A stretch of DNA of 32,000 nt, from NCBI RefSeq assembly GCF_001644705.1, contig NZ_CP015137.1:2940001-2972000 (forward strand). The letters are read 5' to 3'. Each line of letters begins with the position of its first letter. Position 1 is the first letter of the stretch. Shown here in pieces: positions 17,194 through 28,365 of the stretch. The translations under genes were made by a program, and so were the position numbers. This stretch comes from Dickeya solani IPO 2222 (GTDB lineage Bacteria > Pseudomonadota > Gammaproteobacteria > Enterobacterales > Enterobacteriaceae). The notes beneath the pieces were generated by a model. The model did not search any database. It worked only from the letters and a program-made list of their open reading frames with translations, and was not told where the DNA came from.

Positions 17194-17211
17194 GTGATCC
17201 GCGTGAGCGGC

Positions 17212-20745
<3,534 letters not shown>

Positions 20746-20821
20746 GACTTAACCTTCTTTGTTGCTGAACGATGACCCTGCGGGGCGGCTATTATCGCTG
20801 CCTGGCGAGTTTTTTTGACCG

Positions 20822-20827
20822 ATTATA
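20822..20827 (-). promoter_or_regulatory. Candidate -10 hexamer (TATAAT on the minus strand) for nifJ
   Basis: A perfect TATAAT lies about 77 nt upstream of the ATG. No convincing -35 is present (TTGAAA at only 13-nt spacing), so the promoter may depend on an activator. Confidence 0.3.
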
Positions 20828-21075
20828 GCCCACTGAGTTGTTTCAATGTGTGTATGGCGGGCAGGCGGCGTGCTAAAGGTCGGCAATGATAGCAGTTTAG
20901 GGGCGTGCTGTGCAGTTCCCAACCGGACACGCTGCGGCAGATACTCTGCGCCGGGGTTCACATTCCTGCGCGGGAATAGGGCGCTGGCGATAAACAGTAA
21001 TGTTAATGTATCGTTAATAAAACCAGGCTGCATCACCTATTATCGTACAGCCTGACAACGGCGTGGCGCCATTCG

Positions 21076-21114
21076 ATTAAAAATTCGGCATTCGCCTGCA
21101 AAGCAGGAAATGCC
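21076..21114 (-). terminator. Orphan terminator-like hairpin on the minus strand in the nifJ upstream region
   Basis: The minus strand reads GGCAT-TT-CCTGC-TTT-GCAGG-CGA-ATGCC followed by GAATTTTTAAT. No annotated minus-strand gene ends here. Confidence 0.45.
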
Positions 21115-21296
21115 AGTGGAAGGATAGGCATCTGCGCCTATGCTGAAATAAAGCGCCGGACACCTCCTGATGCGGGCGTCAGCGTCAGGCCGGCAGAAAG
21201 ATCCCAGACGCGATCATTAAGGAAATCTGTTCATACCTCAGGGATAGTCTTCGCGCTCTTCGGGTTGATTATCGACTTTGACGAAGGAACAGCACT

Positions 21297-21719
21297 ATGT
21301 TTAACGATCTGAGAGACAAAATGGTATCGGTATTAGCCAGAATCCGTGAAAGAGGCTATGGACCGGAAGAAGCCATCAGTCATATTGTTCAATCTCTGGG
21401 CAGCCGTTACAGCGATGTGTCCAAAGTGAATGTGCTGACTTCGAAACTAATAGCCGATGTGGTTCACTCTACCTACCAGGATGAAACCTCGCCGCTGGAG
21501 ATTGCAGCCATTATCCGCATGCTCGGCTACGCCAGCCGGGATGTGGTTACCGGCATTCATGAGCAGTTTCCGCAACTGACGCCGGAAGACGTTGGTCGAC
21601 TGGTGCTGCATGAAAAGGTTTACCCCAACACCGACCGCGACGCGTTTATCTCTGCCATGACCTACGGGGGCTATTCCCGCGAGGAGAGCGAGCAGGCGGC
21701 GAACAGTCTATACCCCTAA
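21297..21719 (+). CDS. Hypothetical protein (140 aa) with internal helical repeats
   Basis: GAAGGAA lies 8 nt upstream of the ATG and the frame is clean. It has no signal peptide or TM segment and I recognise no family. Repeated motif: GPEEAISHIVQSLG / SPLEIAAIIRMLGY / TPEDVGRLVLHEKVY / DRDAFISAMTYGGY. Confidence 0.6.
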   Translation: MFNDLRDKMVSVLARIRERGYGPEEAISHIVQSLGSRYSDVSKVNVLTSKLIADVVHSTYQDETSPLEIAAIIRMLGYASRDVVTGIHEQFPQLTPEDVGRLVLHEKVYPNTDRDAFISAMTYGGYSREESEQAANSLYP

Positions 21720-21869
21720 ACGGCCAGCGATATCAGAACGACAGGCTATCCTTTGCCTGTGGGGCCGGCGCAATCGTCGCCGGTCCGGAACTATTCTCCG
21801 CCATGATGCCACCTAACAGAGCGCCCGTGGACATGACGACGACGGGACGTTACTGACGAGGAGAATCTG

Positions 21870-22418
21870 ATGCGGCAACCTACCCTGACCACCGAACATC
21901 TGCTGCTGCGGCCATTGCAGACGCAGGACGTGACTGATGTTTGCTCTTTGCTGAACAGCACGCCCGACATTTCCGCCATGACCATGCTGATCCCCTATCC
22001 CTGTCCGCGTGAAACGGTGATCAGCTGGATTGCCGATTTGAAGAGCAACTGGGAGCAGCGCAAAGGGGTGGCCTACGCCATCTGTTTATCGCAGAGTCAG
22101 CAGTTGATCGGTTCGATTTCGCTGGTTTCGCTGGAAACCAGCCAGCCGGAAATCGGCTACTGGCTGGGTGCCGACTTCCGGCAACGGGGATTCGGCACCG
22201 AAGCCAGCCGTGCGTTATGCCAGTTCGCGTTTAGCCAACTGAGCATCGAGAAAATCTACGGTTGTCATTTGCCGCAGAACGTGGCGTCCGGCCGGGTATT
22301 GCTCAAATGCGGTTTTCATTCGCTGGGGATGCGCCATGTGTTTCTGACTTCCCGCCAGCGACAGGAAACCGTTGCCGTTTATATGATGGAAACCTCATCC
22401 GTTCGCCTGTCCGCCTGA
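21870..22418 (+). CDS. GNAT family N-acetyltransferase (RimJ/RimL-like, Acetyltransf_3 type)
   Basis: 182 aa with a GAGGAG RBS. TEHLLLRPL at the N terminus, then IGSISL...EIGYWLGADFRQRGFGTEASRALCQFAF (the acetyl-CoA binding R-x-x-G-x-G/A region) and NVASGRVLLKCGF. Confidence 0.88.
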   Translation: MRQPTLTTEHLLLRPLQTQDVTDVCSLLNSTPDISAMTMLIPYPCPRETVISWIADLKSNWEQRKGVAYAICLSQSQQLIGSISLVSLETSQPEIGYWLGADFRQRGFGTEASRALCQFAFSQLSIEKIYGCHLPQNVASGRVLLKCGFHSLGMRHVFLTSRQRQETVAVYMMETSSVRLSA

Positions 22419-22488
22419 CGTTTTTGCTTCTTTATTGTGCGCACTGAGTCACTGTGGTGCACGACCGATCTCATATTGCCCGCTAGCT

Positions 22489-22520
22489 GATCCCGCCCTT
22501 GCGGCGGCGATCCTTTTTTA
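22489..22520 (+). terminator. Rho-independent terminator after the GNAT gene
   Basis: GATCCCGCC pairs with GGCGG(C)GATC (9 bp with one bulge, loop CTTGC), followed by CTTTTTTATT. Confidence 0.65.
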
Positions 22521-22569
22521 TTGCTTGTTTTTCAATCCGATGTCTTTTTTTCTCCTCATTGATTTAGGT

Positions 22570-22585
22570 TGGCATCGTTACTGCA
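22570..22585 (+). promoter_or_regulatory. Sigma-54 (-24/-12) type promoter candidate for the amino-acid ABC operon
   Basis: TGGCAT-CGTTA-CTGCA compares with the consensus TGGCAC-N5-TTGCA. The GG (22571-22572) and GC (22583-22584) have the canonical 12-nt register. It lies about 53 nt upstream of the ATG at 22638. Confidence 0.5.
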
Positions 22586-22637
22586 TTTATTCCATTACTA
22601 CGAAAACAATTCCGTTATAACGTAAAATGGTGACAAT

Positions 22638-23516
22638 ATGAACAGTGATGTATTTTCAGGGAACACCAGCAAACTGACAGGGAAAATCAAAAAACAGGCC
22701 GGATATGCAGTGGGCGGACTGCTGCTGATGGCGTATGCCTTGTCCGCTCAGGCAGCCAAACTGGAAGACGTACTCAAACGCGGGTATGTGGTGGTCGGTA
22801 CCGGCAGCACCAATGCGCCGTGGGGATTTCAGGGAGCGGACGGCCAGTTGCAGGGTTTTGATATCGATATTGCGCGCATTATTGCCAAAGGGTTGTTCAA
22901 CGACCCGGACAAAGTGCAGTTCGTTCAACAATCGTCCGATGCCCGCATTCCCAATCTGCTGACCGATAAAGTGGATTTGACCTGCCAGGCGATGACCGTC
23001 ACCGCCCAGCGAGCCCAGCAGGTGGCGTTCACTATTCCTTATTACCGTGAAGGGGTGGCGCTGTTGCTGCTGGCGAATGGCAAGTACAAGCAACTGGACG
23101 ACATGAACGCGGCCGGCTCGTCGCTACGCGTGGCGGTATTGCAAAACGTGTATGCCGAGCAACTGGTACATCAGGCGCTGCCCAAAGCGATCGTATCGCA
23201 GTACGACAGCGTCGACCTGATGTATCAGGCGCTAAATTCCGGGCGGGCCGACGCGGTAGCGACCGACCAGTCCTCGGCGCGCTGGCTGATGGTACAAACC
23301 CCCGGACGTTACCACTCGCCGGATTATGCCTGGAGTCCGCAAACCTACTCCTGCGCATTGAAGCGCGGCGATCAGGAGTGGCTGAACTACGTCAACACCG
23401 CGTTGCATGAAGCGATGAGCGGGGTGGATTTTGGCGACTACGCGGCTGCTTATAAGAAATGGTTCGGCGTGACGTTGCCGTCGCCGGCGATTGGTTTTCC
23501 GGTGGAATACAAATAA
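22638..23516 (+). CDS. Polar amino acid ABC transporter substrate-binding protein (family 3)
   Basis: 292 aa with signal peptide ...GGLLLMAYALSAQA/AKL. GFDIDIARIIAKGL and TAQRAQQVAFTIPYY are typical family-3 SBP motifs. Confidence 0.88.
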   Translation: MNSDVFSGNTSKLTGKIKKQAGYAVGGLLLMAYALSAQAAKLEDVLKRGYVVVGTGSTNAPWGFQGADGQLQGFDIDIARIIAKGLFNDPDKVQFVQQSSDARIPNLLTDKVDLTCQAMTVTAQRAQQVAFTIPYYREGVALLLLANGKYKQLDDMNAAGSSLRVAVLQNVYAEQLVHQALPKAIVSQYDSVDLMYQALNSGRADAVATDQSSARWLMVQTPGRYHSPDYAWSPQTYSCALKRGDQEWLNYVNTALHEAMSGVDFGDYAAAYKKWFGVTLPSPAIGFPVEYK

Positions 23517-23526
23517 TGACGGCGTG

Positions 23527-23552
23527 GCGCCGGGCGGCCAACCGCCTGGCGC
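23527..23552 (+). other. Intercistronic GC-rich stem-loop after the SBP gene
   Basis: GCGCCGGGCGG-CCAA-CCGCCTGGCGC gives 11 bp including one G-U pair. It lies between the SBP stop (23516) and the permease start (23565). Confidence 0.45.
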
Positions 23553-23564
23553 TGAGGTAATGCA

Positions 23565-24227
23565 ATGAATTATCAACTGAATTTCACGCCGGTGTGGAAA
23601 AACCTGGATTTATTGCTGACCGGTCTGTGGCTGGGGTTGGAATTGTCGCTGGTGTCGATTCTGCTGGGCTGCATGCTGGGGCTGCTGGCGGCGTTCGGTT
23701 CGTTATCCCACCACGCCGGGTGGCGCTGGCTGTCGCTCGGTTACGTCACCGTGGTGCGTAACCTGCCGATCCTGATTTTGATCCTGTTGATCTATTTTGC
23801 GCTGCCGGGCATCGGCATCATGCTCGATCAGATCGGATCATTTATCGTCACCATGTCGGTTTATGCCGGCGCTTACCTCACTGAAGTGTTTCGGGCCGGA
23901 TTGCTCAACATCCCGGCCGGTCAGCGTGAGGCCGGGCAGGCCATCGGGCTGACGGAATGGCAGATCAAACGCTATATCATCATTCCCGTGATGTTTCGCA
24001 ATGTGCTGCCGTCGCTGGGCAACAACTTCATTTCTCTGTTCAAGGACACCTCGCTGGCCGCCGCCATCGCGGTGCCGGAACTCACGTTTTACGCACGCAA
24101 AATCAATCTGGAAAGCTACCGGGTGATAGAAACCTGGCTGGTCACCAGCCTGCTGTACATCGTGAGCTGTTATTTGATCGCCAGCCTGTTAAGGCTGTTG
24201 GAAAAGCGCCTGTCGCTGGCGCGTTAG
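23565..24227 (+). CDS. Amino acid ABC transporter permease (His/Glu/Gln/Arg/opine family)
   Basis: 220-aa membrane ORF. The EAA-loop region QREAGQAIGLTEWQIKRYIIIPVMFRNVLPSLGNNFISLFKDTSL is typical of the HisM/HisQ family. Confidence 0.9.
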   Translation: MNYQLNFTPVWKNLDLLLTGLWLGLELSLVSILLGCMLGLLAAFGSLSHHAGWRWLSLGYVTVVRNLPILILILLIYFALPGIGIMLDQIGSFIVTMSVYAGAYLTEVFRAGLLNIPAGQREAGQAIGLTEWQIKRYIIIPVMFRNVLPSLGNNFISLFKDTSLAAAIAVPELTFYARKINLESYRVIETWLVTSLLYIVSCYLIASLLRLLEKRLSLAR

Positions 24228-24235
24228 GAAGAGCC

Positions 24236-24898
24236 ATGAACGATCCTTTTAGCTGGTGGTATCAACTGTGGCAGGCGAAATCCACGCTGGCCCAGGGTTT
24301 TTTGGTCACCCTTTCCAGTTCGCTGTTGGCGATCCTGGCGGGCAGCATGGCCGGTACGCTGGTGGGGCTGGTGATGACTTTCGGTCAGCGTGCGCCGCGC
24401 CTGCTGTTTCGTCTCTATATCGATGTGATGCGCGGCACGCCGGTGCTGGTGTTGGTGCTGGCTTGTTTTTACATCGCGCCGGCGCTGGGCTGGCGTATTG
24501 GCGCGTTCGAAGCGGGCGTGCTGGCGTTGGCGCTGTTTTGCAGCTCGCATGTGGCGGAAATTATCCGCGGCGCGTTGCAGGCGGTGCCCAAAGGCCAGAG
24601 CGAGGCGGCCAAAGCGATCGGCCTGACCTTCTGGCAAGACCTGCGCTATGTACAACTGCCGCAGGCGCTACGGCAGATTCTGCCGACCTGGGTGAACTCG
24701 GCGGCGGAAATCGTCAAAGCCTCGGCCTTGCTGTCGGTGATTGGCGTGGCGGACCTGTTGCTGAGCTCGCAACAGGTGATTGCCCGTACCTTTATGACGT
24801 TGCAGTTTTACGCTTTCGCGGGGCTGTTATTTTTCATCATCAATTTTTCCATTGAGTGCGTGGGGCGCTATCTGGAAAAAAGAACGAGGCTGCCATGA
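24236..24898 (+). CDS. Amino acid ABC transporter permease (second subunit)
   Basis: I prefer the start at MNDPFSWW (ATG 24236, AGGAAGAG RBS) over the ORF-track start at 23957, which overlaps the previous gene. The EAA loop is [45 protein letters not shown]. Confidence 0.88.
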   Translation: MNDPFSWWYQLWQAKSTLAQGFLVTLSSSLLAILAGSMAGTLVGLVMTFGQRAPRLLFRLYIDVMRGTPVLVLVLACFYIAPALGWRIGAFEAGVLALALFCSSHVAEIIRGALQAVPKGQSEAAKAIGLTFWQDLRYVQLPQALRQILPTWVNSAAEIVKASALLSVIGVADLLLSSQQVIARTFMTLQFYAFAGLLFFIINFSIECVGRYLEKRTRLP

Positions 24899-25686
24899 GT
24901 CACACAGACACCCTAACCGCCGCGCAGCCGTTGCTGCGCATTACCGACCTGCACAAGCGTTACGGCGAGGTGGAGGTCCTCAAGGGCGTGGAACTGACCA
25001 TGAACAAAGGGGACGTGGTGACGCTGATAGGCTCCAGCGGTTCGGGAAAAACCACGTTGCTGCGTTGCGTTAACCTGCTGGAAGAATTTCAGGCCGGCGA
25101 AATCCGGCTCAACGACCAGCCCATCGGCTACTACCGTAAAAATGAGCAACGCCTGCGCCACCCGGATCGGATTGTCGCGCAGCACCGCGCCATGACCGGC
25201 ATGGCGTTTCAGCAGTTCAATCTGTTTCCGCATCTGACCGCGCTGGAAAACATCACGCTGGGGTTGTTGAAGGTAAAACGGTTGACGAAAGAGGGGGCTA
25301 TCGCCACCGCCGAACACTGGCTGGAACGGGTCGGGTTGCTGGCGCGCCGGCATCATCACCCGGGGCAATTGTCCGGCGGCCAGCAGCAGCGCGTCGCCAT
25401 CGCCCGCGCCATCGCCATGAATCCCAGCCTGATGCTGTTTGACGAAGTCACGTCGGCGCTTGACCCAGAGCTGGTGGGTGAGGTGCTGGCCGTGGTGAAA
25501 AGCCTGGCCGAGGACGGCATGACCATGCTGCTGGTCACCCATGAAATGCGTTTCGCCTACGAGGTATCGGACCGCATCATTTTCATGAATCAGGGCAGGA
25601 TTGAAGAACAGGGAACGCCGGAGCAGGTGTTCCATCATCCGGCGTCGCCGCGTCTGGCCGAGTTTTTGAAACATTCGCATTTTTGA
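24895..25686 (+). CDS. Amino acid ABC transporter ATP-binding protein (HisP/OccP-like)
   Basis: The start at MSHTD forms an ATGA overlap with the permease stop. Walker [10 protein letters not shown], signature [14 protein letters not shown] and Walker [13 protein letters not shown] are present. Overall similarity to HisP as I recall it includes the C-terminal [18 protein letters not shown]. Confidence 0.92.
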   Translation: MSHTDTLTAAQPLLRITDLHKRYGEVEVLKGVELTMNKGDVVTLIGSSGSGKTTLLRCVNLLEEFQAGEIRLNDQPIGYYRKNEQRLRHPDRIVAQHRAMTGMAFQQFNLFPHLTALENITLGLLKVKRLTKEGAIATAEHWLERVGLLARRHHHPGQLSGGQQQRVAIARAIAMNPSLMLFDEVTSALDPELVGEVLAVVKSLAEDGMTMLLVTHEMRFAYEVSDRIIFMNQGRIEEQGTPEQVFHHPASPRLAEFLKHSHF

Positions 25687-25738
25687 AACATTCGCATTTT
25701 TGAAGCGTTTGCATTTTTGAATCAGTCGCATTTTTGAA
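25663..25738. repeat. 17-bp tandem repeat, 4.5 copies (TTTTTGAA-N6-GCA), straddling the ATPase stop codon
   Basis: Copies start at 25663, 25680, 25697, 25714 and 25731 (partial). The first two are identical (TTTTTGAAACATTCGCA). The conserved block GCATTTTTGAA occurs at 25677, 25694, 25711 and 25728. Confidence 0.95.
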
Positions 25739-25849
25739 CGGACAGCCGTTTTCGACGATTCACTGTTTTTACAACCGGCTGTTTTTAAATCACTTATCGT
25801 TTTTCAGTGGACATTCATCAAGGGTGTCTGAGTAACCAAGGAGTTTTAC

Positions 25850-26233
25850 ATGAGTATTACCCGTTATGGCGCCGGGGAGAAAGGCGCAGGGGGGCAACCG
25901 TTGCCGTTTGCCCGCGCCGTGGAAGCCGATGGCTGGCTGTATGTGTCCGGACAGGTGGCGATGGAAAAAGGAGAGATTATCGACGGCGGCATCATCGCCC
26001 AGTCGCATAAGTCGATTCAGAATCTGGTGGCGATTTTGCATGAGGCTGGTTACGGGCTGGAGCATGTTGTCAGGGTGGGTGTCTGGCTGGACGATCCGCG
26101 CGATTTCTGGAGTTTTAATCGTGTGTTCAGCGAGTATTTCGGCGCTGCGGCCCCGGCGCGCGCCTGTGTTCAGTCCAGTATGATGGTAGATTGTAAAGTC
26201 GAAGTGGACTGTGTGGCTTACAAGGCGAAATAG
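25850..26233 (+). CDS. RidA/YjgF/TdcF (Rid) family reactive-intermediate deaminase
   Basis: 127 aa with an AAGGAG-like RBS. PFARAVEADGWLYVSGQV, ...IQNLVAILHEAG...HVVRVGVWL and ...PARACVQ...VEVDCVA form the typical Rid family pattern. Confidence 0.88.
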   Translation: MSITRYGAGEKGAGGQPLPFARAVEADGWLYVSGQVAMEKGEIIDGGIIAQSHKSIQNLVAILHEAGYGLEHVVRVGVWLDDPRDFWSFNRVFSEYFGAAAPARACVQSSMMVDCKVEVDCVAYKAK

Positions 26234-26329
26234 CCGGACGGCGGCAGGACATCGCATGATACGTTAACGACGACGGCGCATTGATGACAATACGTCGCGT
26301 CACAACGATTTGGGGTAAGGAGCTCCTCG

Positions 26330-27094
26330 ATGACAGCACCCGACATCCGACGCCGCGCGAGAGGAATCGACCGGGCGTTCGATATTCTCGATTTCCTGAA
26401 GCAGCAGCGTCAGCCGATGCGGCCCAACGATATCGCCAAAGGGATCAATGCGCCGAAATCGACGGTGTATGAAATGGTGGCGCTGTTGCAGGAGCGCCGC
26501 ATTCTGGAGGCGGTGGGCAACGACGGCATGGTCTATCTGGGGCGGGAGCTTTACTTTCTCGGTCAGGCCCATTTGAGCCATTTCGATTTTTCCCGCGAGT
26601 CGGACCGATTTTTGCAACAGATTGTGGCGAAAACCGGCGAAACGGCACAAATGTGTCTGTTGAATGGGAATAAATACAACGTGGCGCTGATGCGTGAAGG
26701 CGAGCGGGCATTTCGCATCTCTTCCGAGGTTGGGCAGGATGCGCCGATCCCCTGGACGGCATCGGGCCGGTTGTTGCTCGGCCATCTGAGCGACGAGGAA
26801 ATTCTGGCGTTTATTCCGCCGGACGATTTCCGTTTGCCGAACGGCGAATGGTTGCCGACGGCGGACTATCTGGCTGAAATCCACGATGCGCGTCAGAGCG
26901 GTTTTTTTTCATTCGACAGCATCGCGGATACGTATACCCACTGCTTTGCCGCCGGTATTTACTCGGCGCGCCGTTGCGTCGCTACGTTCTGTATCGTGGC
27001 GCCGCGCGGCGATGCGTATACCCATTATGAACATTATCGGGATGTACTGCTGACATGCGCCCGCGAGATGGAGGCGCGCCTGTCCGGGCAGTAA
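26330..27094 (+). CDS. IclR family transcriptional regulator
   Basis: 254 aa with an AAGGAG RBS. The N-terminal winged HTH is IDRAFDILDFLKQQRQPMRPNDIAKGINAPKSTVYEMVALLQERRILE. The C-terminal effector domain has an IclR-like pattern (ETAQMCLLNGNKYNVALMREGERAFRISSEVGQDAPIPWTASGRLLL). Confidence 0.88.
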   Translation: MTAPDIRRRARGIDRAFDILDFLKQQRQPMRPNDIAKGINAPKSTVYEMVALLQERRILEAVGNDGMVYLGRELYFLGQAHLSHFDFSRESDRFLQQIVAKTGETAQMCLLNGNKYNVALMREGERAFRISSEVGQDAPIPWTASGRLLLGHLSDEEILAFIPPDDFRLPNGEWLPTADYLAEIHDARQSGFFSFDSIADTYTHCFAAGIYSARRCVATFCIVAPRGDAYTHYEHYRDVLLTCAREMEARLSGQ

Positions 27095-27115
27095 TATTCG
27101 GAGAGAGAGAAAGCA

Positions 27116-28342
27116 ATGCATGAATCGCGTGAGTCCGCCCGTCCGCAGGCGGAAAAAGGCGTGCCGGTCAGCGGCTGTCACCTGTTGAGCGGGGTGTCGC
27201 TGCCCGCGCTGGTATTGCACCAGCGTGAACTACAACACAACCTGTTGTGGATGCAGCGTTACGCCGAGCAGCATGGCGCCCAACTGGCGCCGCACGGCAA
27301 AACCACCATGACGCCGGGATTGTTCCGGCGGCAACTGGAGGCCGGCGCCTGGGGCATCACACTGGCAACGGCCGTGCAGTGCGCGCTCGCCTGGCAGCAT
27401 GGCGTGCGGCGTATCCTGATGGCTAATCAACTGGTCGGCGCCGCCAATATGGCGCTGATCGCCGGTATGCTGAAAGACGGCGACGTGGAGTTCCACTGCC
27501 TGGTGGATAACCCGGACAATGTGCGGCAACTGGGCGCGTTTTTCGCCGCTGAAGGGCTGACGTTGAACGTAATGCTGGAGCTGGGCGTGCCCGGCGGGCG
27601 TTGCGGCTGTCGTACCGCGGAACAGGTTACGGCAGTGCTGGCGGAAATTGCCGCCCAGCCTTCGCTGGTGCTGAGCGGTATTGAGGGGTATGAAGGGGTG
27701 ATCCACGGCGAGCAGGCGACGGAGGCGATCGGCCAGTTTGCCCGTCATCTGGTGGAAACCGCGGTGGCCCTGAACGCGCAAGGGCGGTTTGGTTTAACCA
27801 AACCATACGTCACCGCGTCCGGGTCCGCCTGGTATGATTTGATCGCTGGCGAATTCCTGCGCCTGCAGGCGGCCGATCGGTTCCAGCCGTTGCTACGGCC
27901 GGGCTGTTATCTGGTGCACGACCACGGTTTGTATAAAACGTCGCAGGCAGCGTTACTGCACCGCCACCCGGAGCTGGATGGCGCGCTGTTGCCCGCGATG
28001 GAGGTCTGGGCGCACGTGCAGTCGCTTCCCGAGCCGGGCTGCGCTATCGTGGCGCTGGGCAAACGCGATGTGGCGTTTGACGCGGGATTGCCGGTACCGC
28101 TGCGTGCTTACGGCGTCGCTCGCCAGTCGTTTGACCCAGTGACGCTGGACGAGCGTTTTGTCGTCACCGCCATGATGGATCAGCACGCGTTTATGCGCAT
28201 TCCGGCCGAGCACGATTTGCAGGTAGGCGATGTCATCGCGTTCGGCGCTTCGCATCCGTGCCTGACTTTTGACAAATGGCGTTATGTCACGCTGGTGGAC
28301 GAGCGACTGAATGTAGTGGAAACGCTGCCTACCTATTTTTGA
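27116..28342 (+). CDS. Fold-type-III PLP-dependent amino acid deaminase (D-serine dehydratase DSD1 / D-threonine aldolase / cryptic-DSD-like)
   Basis: 408 aa. LAPHGKTTMTPGLFRRQLEAGAWGITLATAVQ carries the probable PLP lysine in the position seen in alanine-racemase-N-domain enzymes. The C-terminal GDVIAFGASHPCLTFDKW resembles the D-serine-dehydratase-like C domain. The substrate is unknown. Confidence 0.7.
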   Translation: MHESRESARPQAEKGVPVSGCHLLSGVSLPALVLHQRELQHNLLWMQRYAEQHGAQLAPHGKTTMTPGLFRRQLEAGAWGITLATAVQCALAWQHGVRRILMANQLVGAANMALIAGMLKDGDVEFHCLVDNPDNVRQLGAFFAAEGLTLNVMLELGVPGGRCGCRTAEQVTAVLAEIAAQPSLVLSGIEGYEGVIHGEQATEAIGQFARHLVETAVALNAQGRFGLTKPYVTASGSAWYDLIAGEFLRLQAADRFQPLLRPGCYLVHDHGLYKTSQAALLHRHPELDGALLPAMEVWAHVQSLPEPGCAIVALGKRDVAFDAGLPVPLRAYGVARQSFDPVTLDERFVVTAMMDQHAFMRIPAEHDLQVGDVIAFGASHPCLTFDKWRYVTLVDERLNVVETLPTYF

Positions 28343-28364
28343 TAGCCATTTTTTTGATAGCCAT
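28336..28364. repeat. 15-bp tandem duplication (TTTTTGATAGCCAT x2) straddling the deaminase stop codon
   Basis: GATAGCCAT occurs at 28341-28349 and again at 28356-28364, each preceded by a T-run. The stop TGA at 28340-28342 lies inside the first copy. Confidence 0.9.
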
Positions 28365-28365
28365 T

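Noticed and set aside
16968-17211. A MicC-like sRNA. In E. coli micC lies next to the 3' end of ydbK.
   Set aside because: I found no match to the MicC 5' seed or terminator as I remember them. The only strong terminator here (17168-17193) has its U-tract on the minus strand and serves nifJ.
20749-21055. ORFs 20749-21036 (-) and 20846-21055 (+) in the nifJ upstream region.
   Set aside because: They overlap each other. The minus-strand ORF ends only 4 nt upstream of the nifJ start codon and covers the nifJ RBS and candidate promoter. They have no RBS and an unconvincing composition. The region is better explained as regulatory or non-coding.
21297-22418. The hypothetical 140-aa gene plus the downstream GNAT as a GNAT-toxin/antitoxin (TacAT/AtaRT-like) module.
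   Set aside because: The two genes are separated by about 150 nt containing hairpins, not overlapped or tightly coupled. The GNAT is of the RimJ/RimL (Acetyltransf_3) type rather than the tRNA-acetylating toxin type. The upstream protein has no RHH/DUF1778-like antitoxin character.
22436-22463. NtrC enhancer sites (TGCACCA-N3-TGGTGCA) upstream of the sigma-54-like promoter.
   Set aside because: Only one half site (TGGTGCA) matches well, and the spacing to the GTGCGCAC palindrome is wrong for a canonical 17-bp site. I kept it as a remark inside the locus finding, not as a feature.
25663-25738. The 17-bp tandem repeats (and the 13-bp repeats at 8152-8190) as a CRISPR array.
   Set aside because: The repeats are directly adjacent with no unique spacers, are far shorter than CRISPR repeats, and there are no cas genes in the window.
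25790-26257. A 155-aa minus-strand ORF opposite the RidA gene.
   Set aside because: The plus-strand frame gives a full-length, motif-complete Rid family protein with a good RBS. The minus-strand ORF is its antisense shadow.
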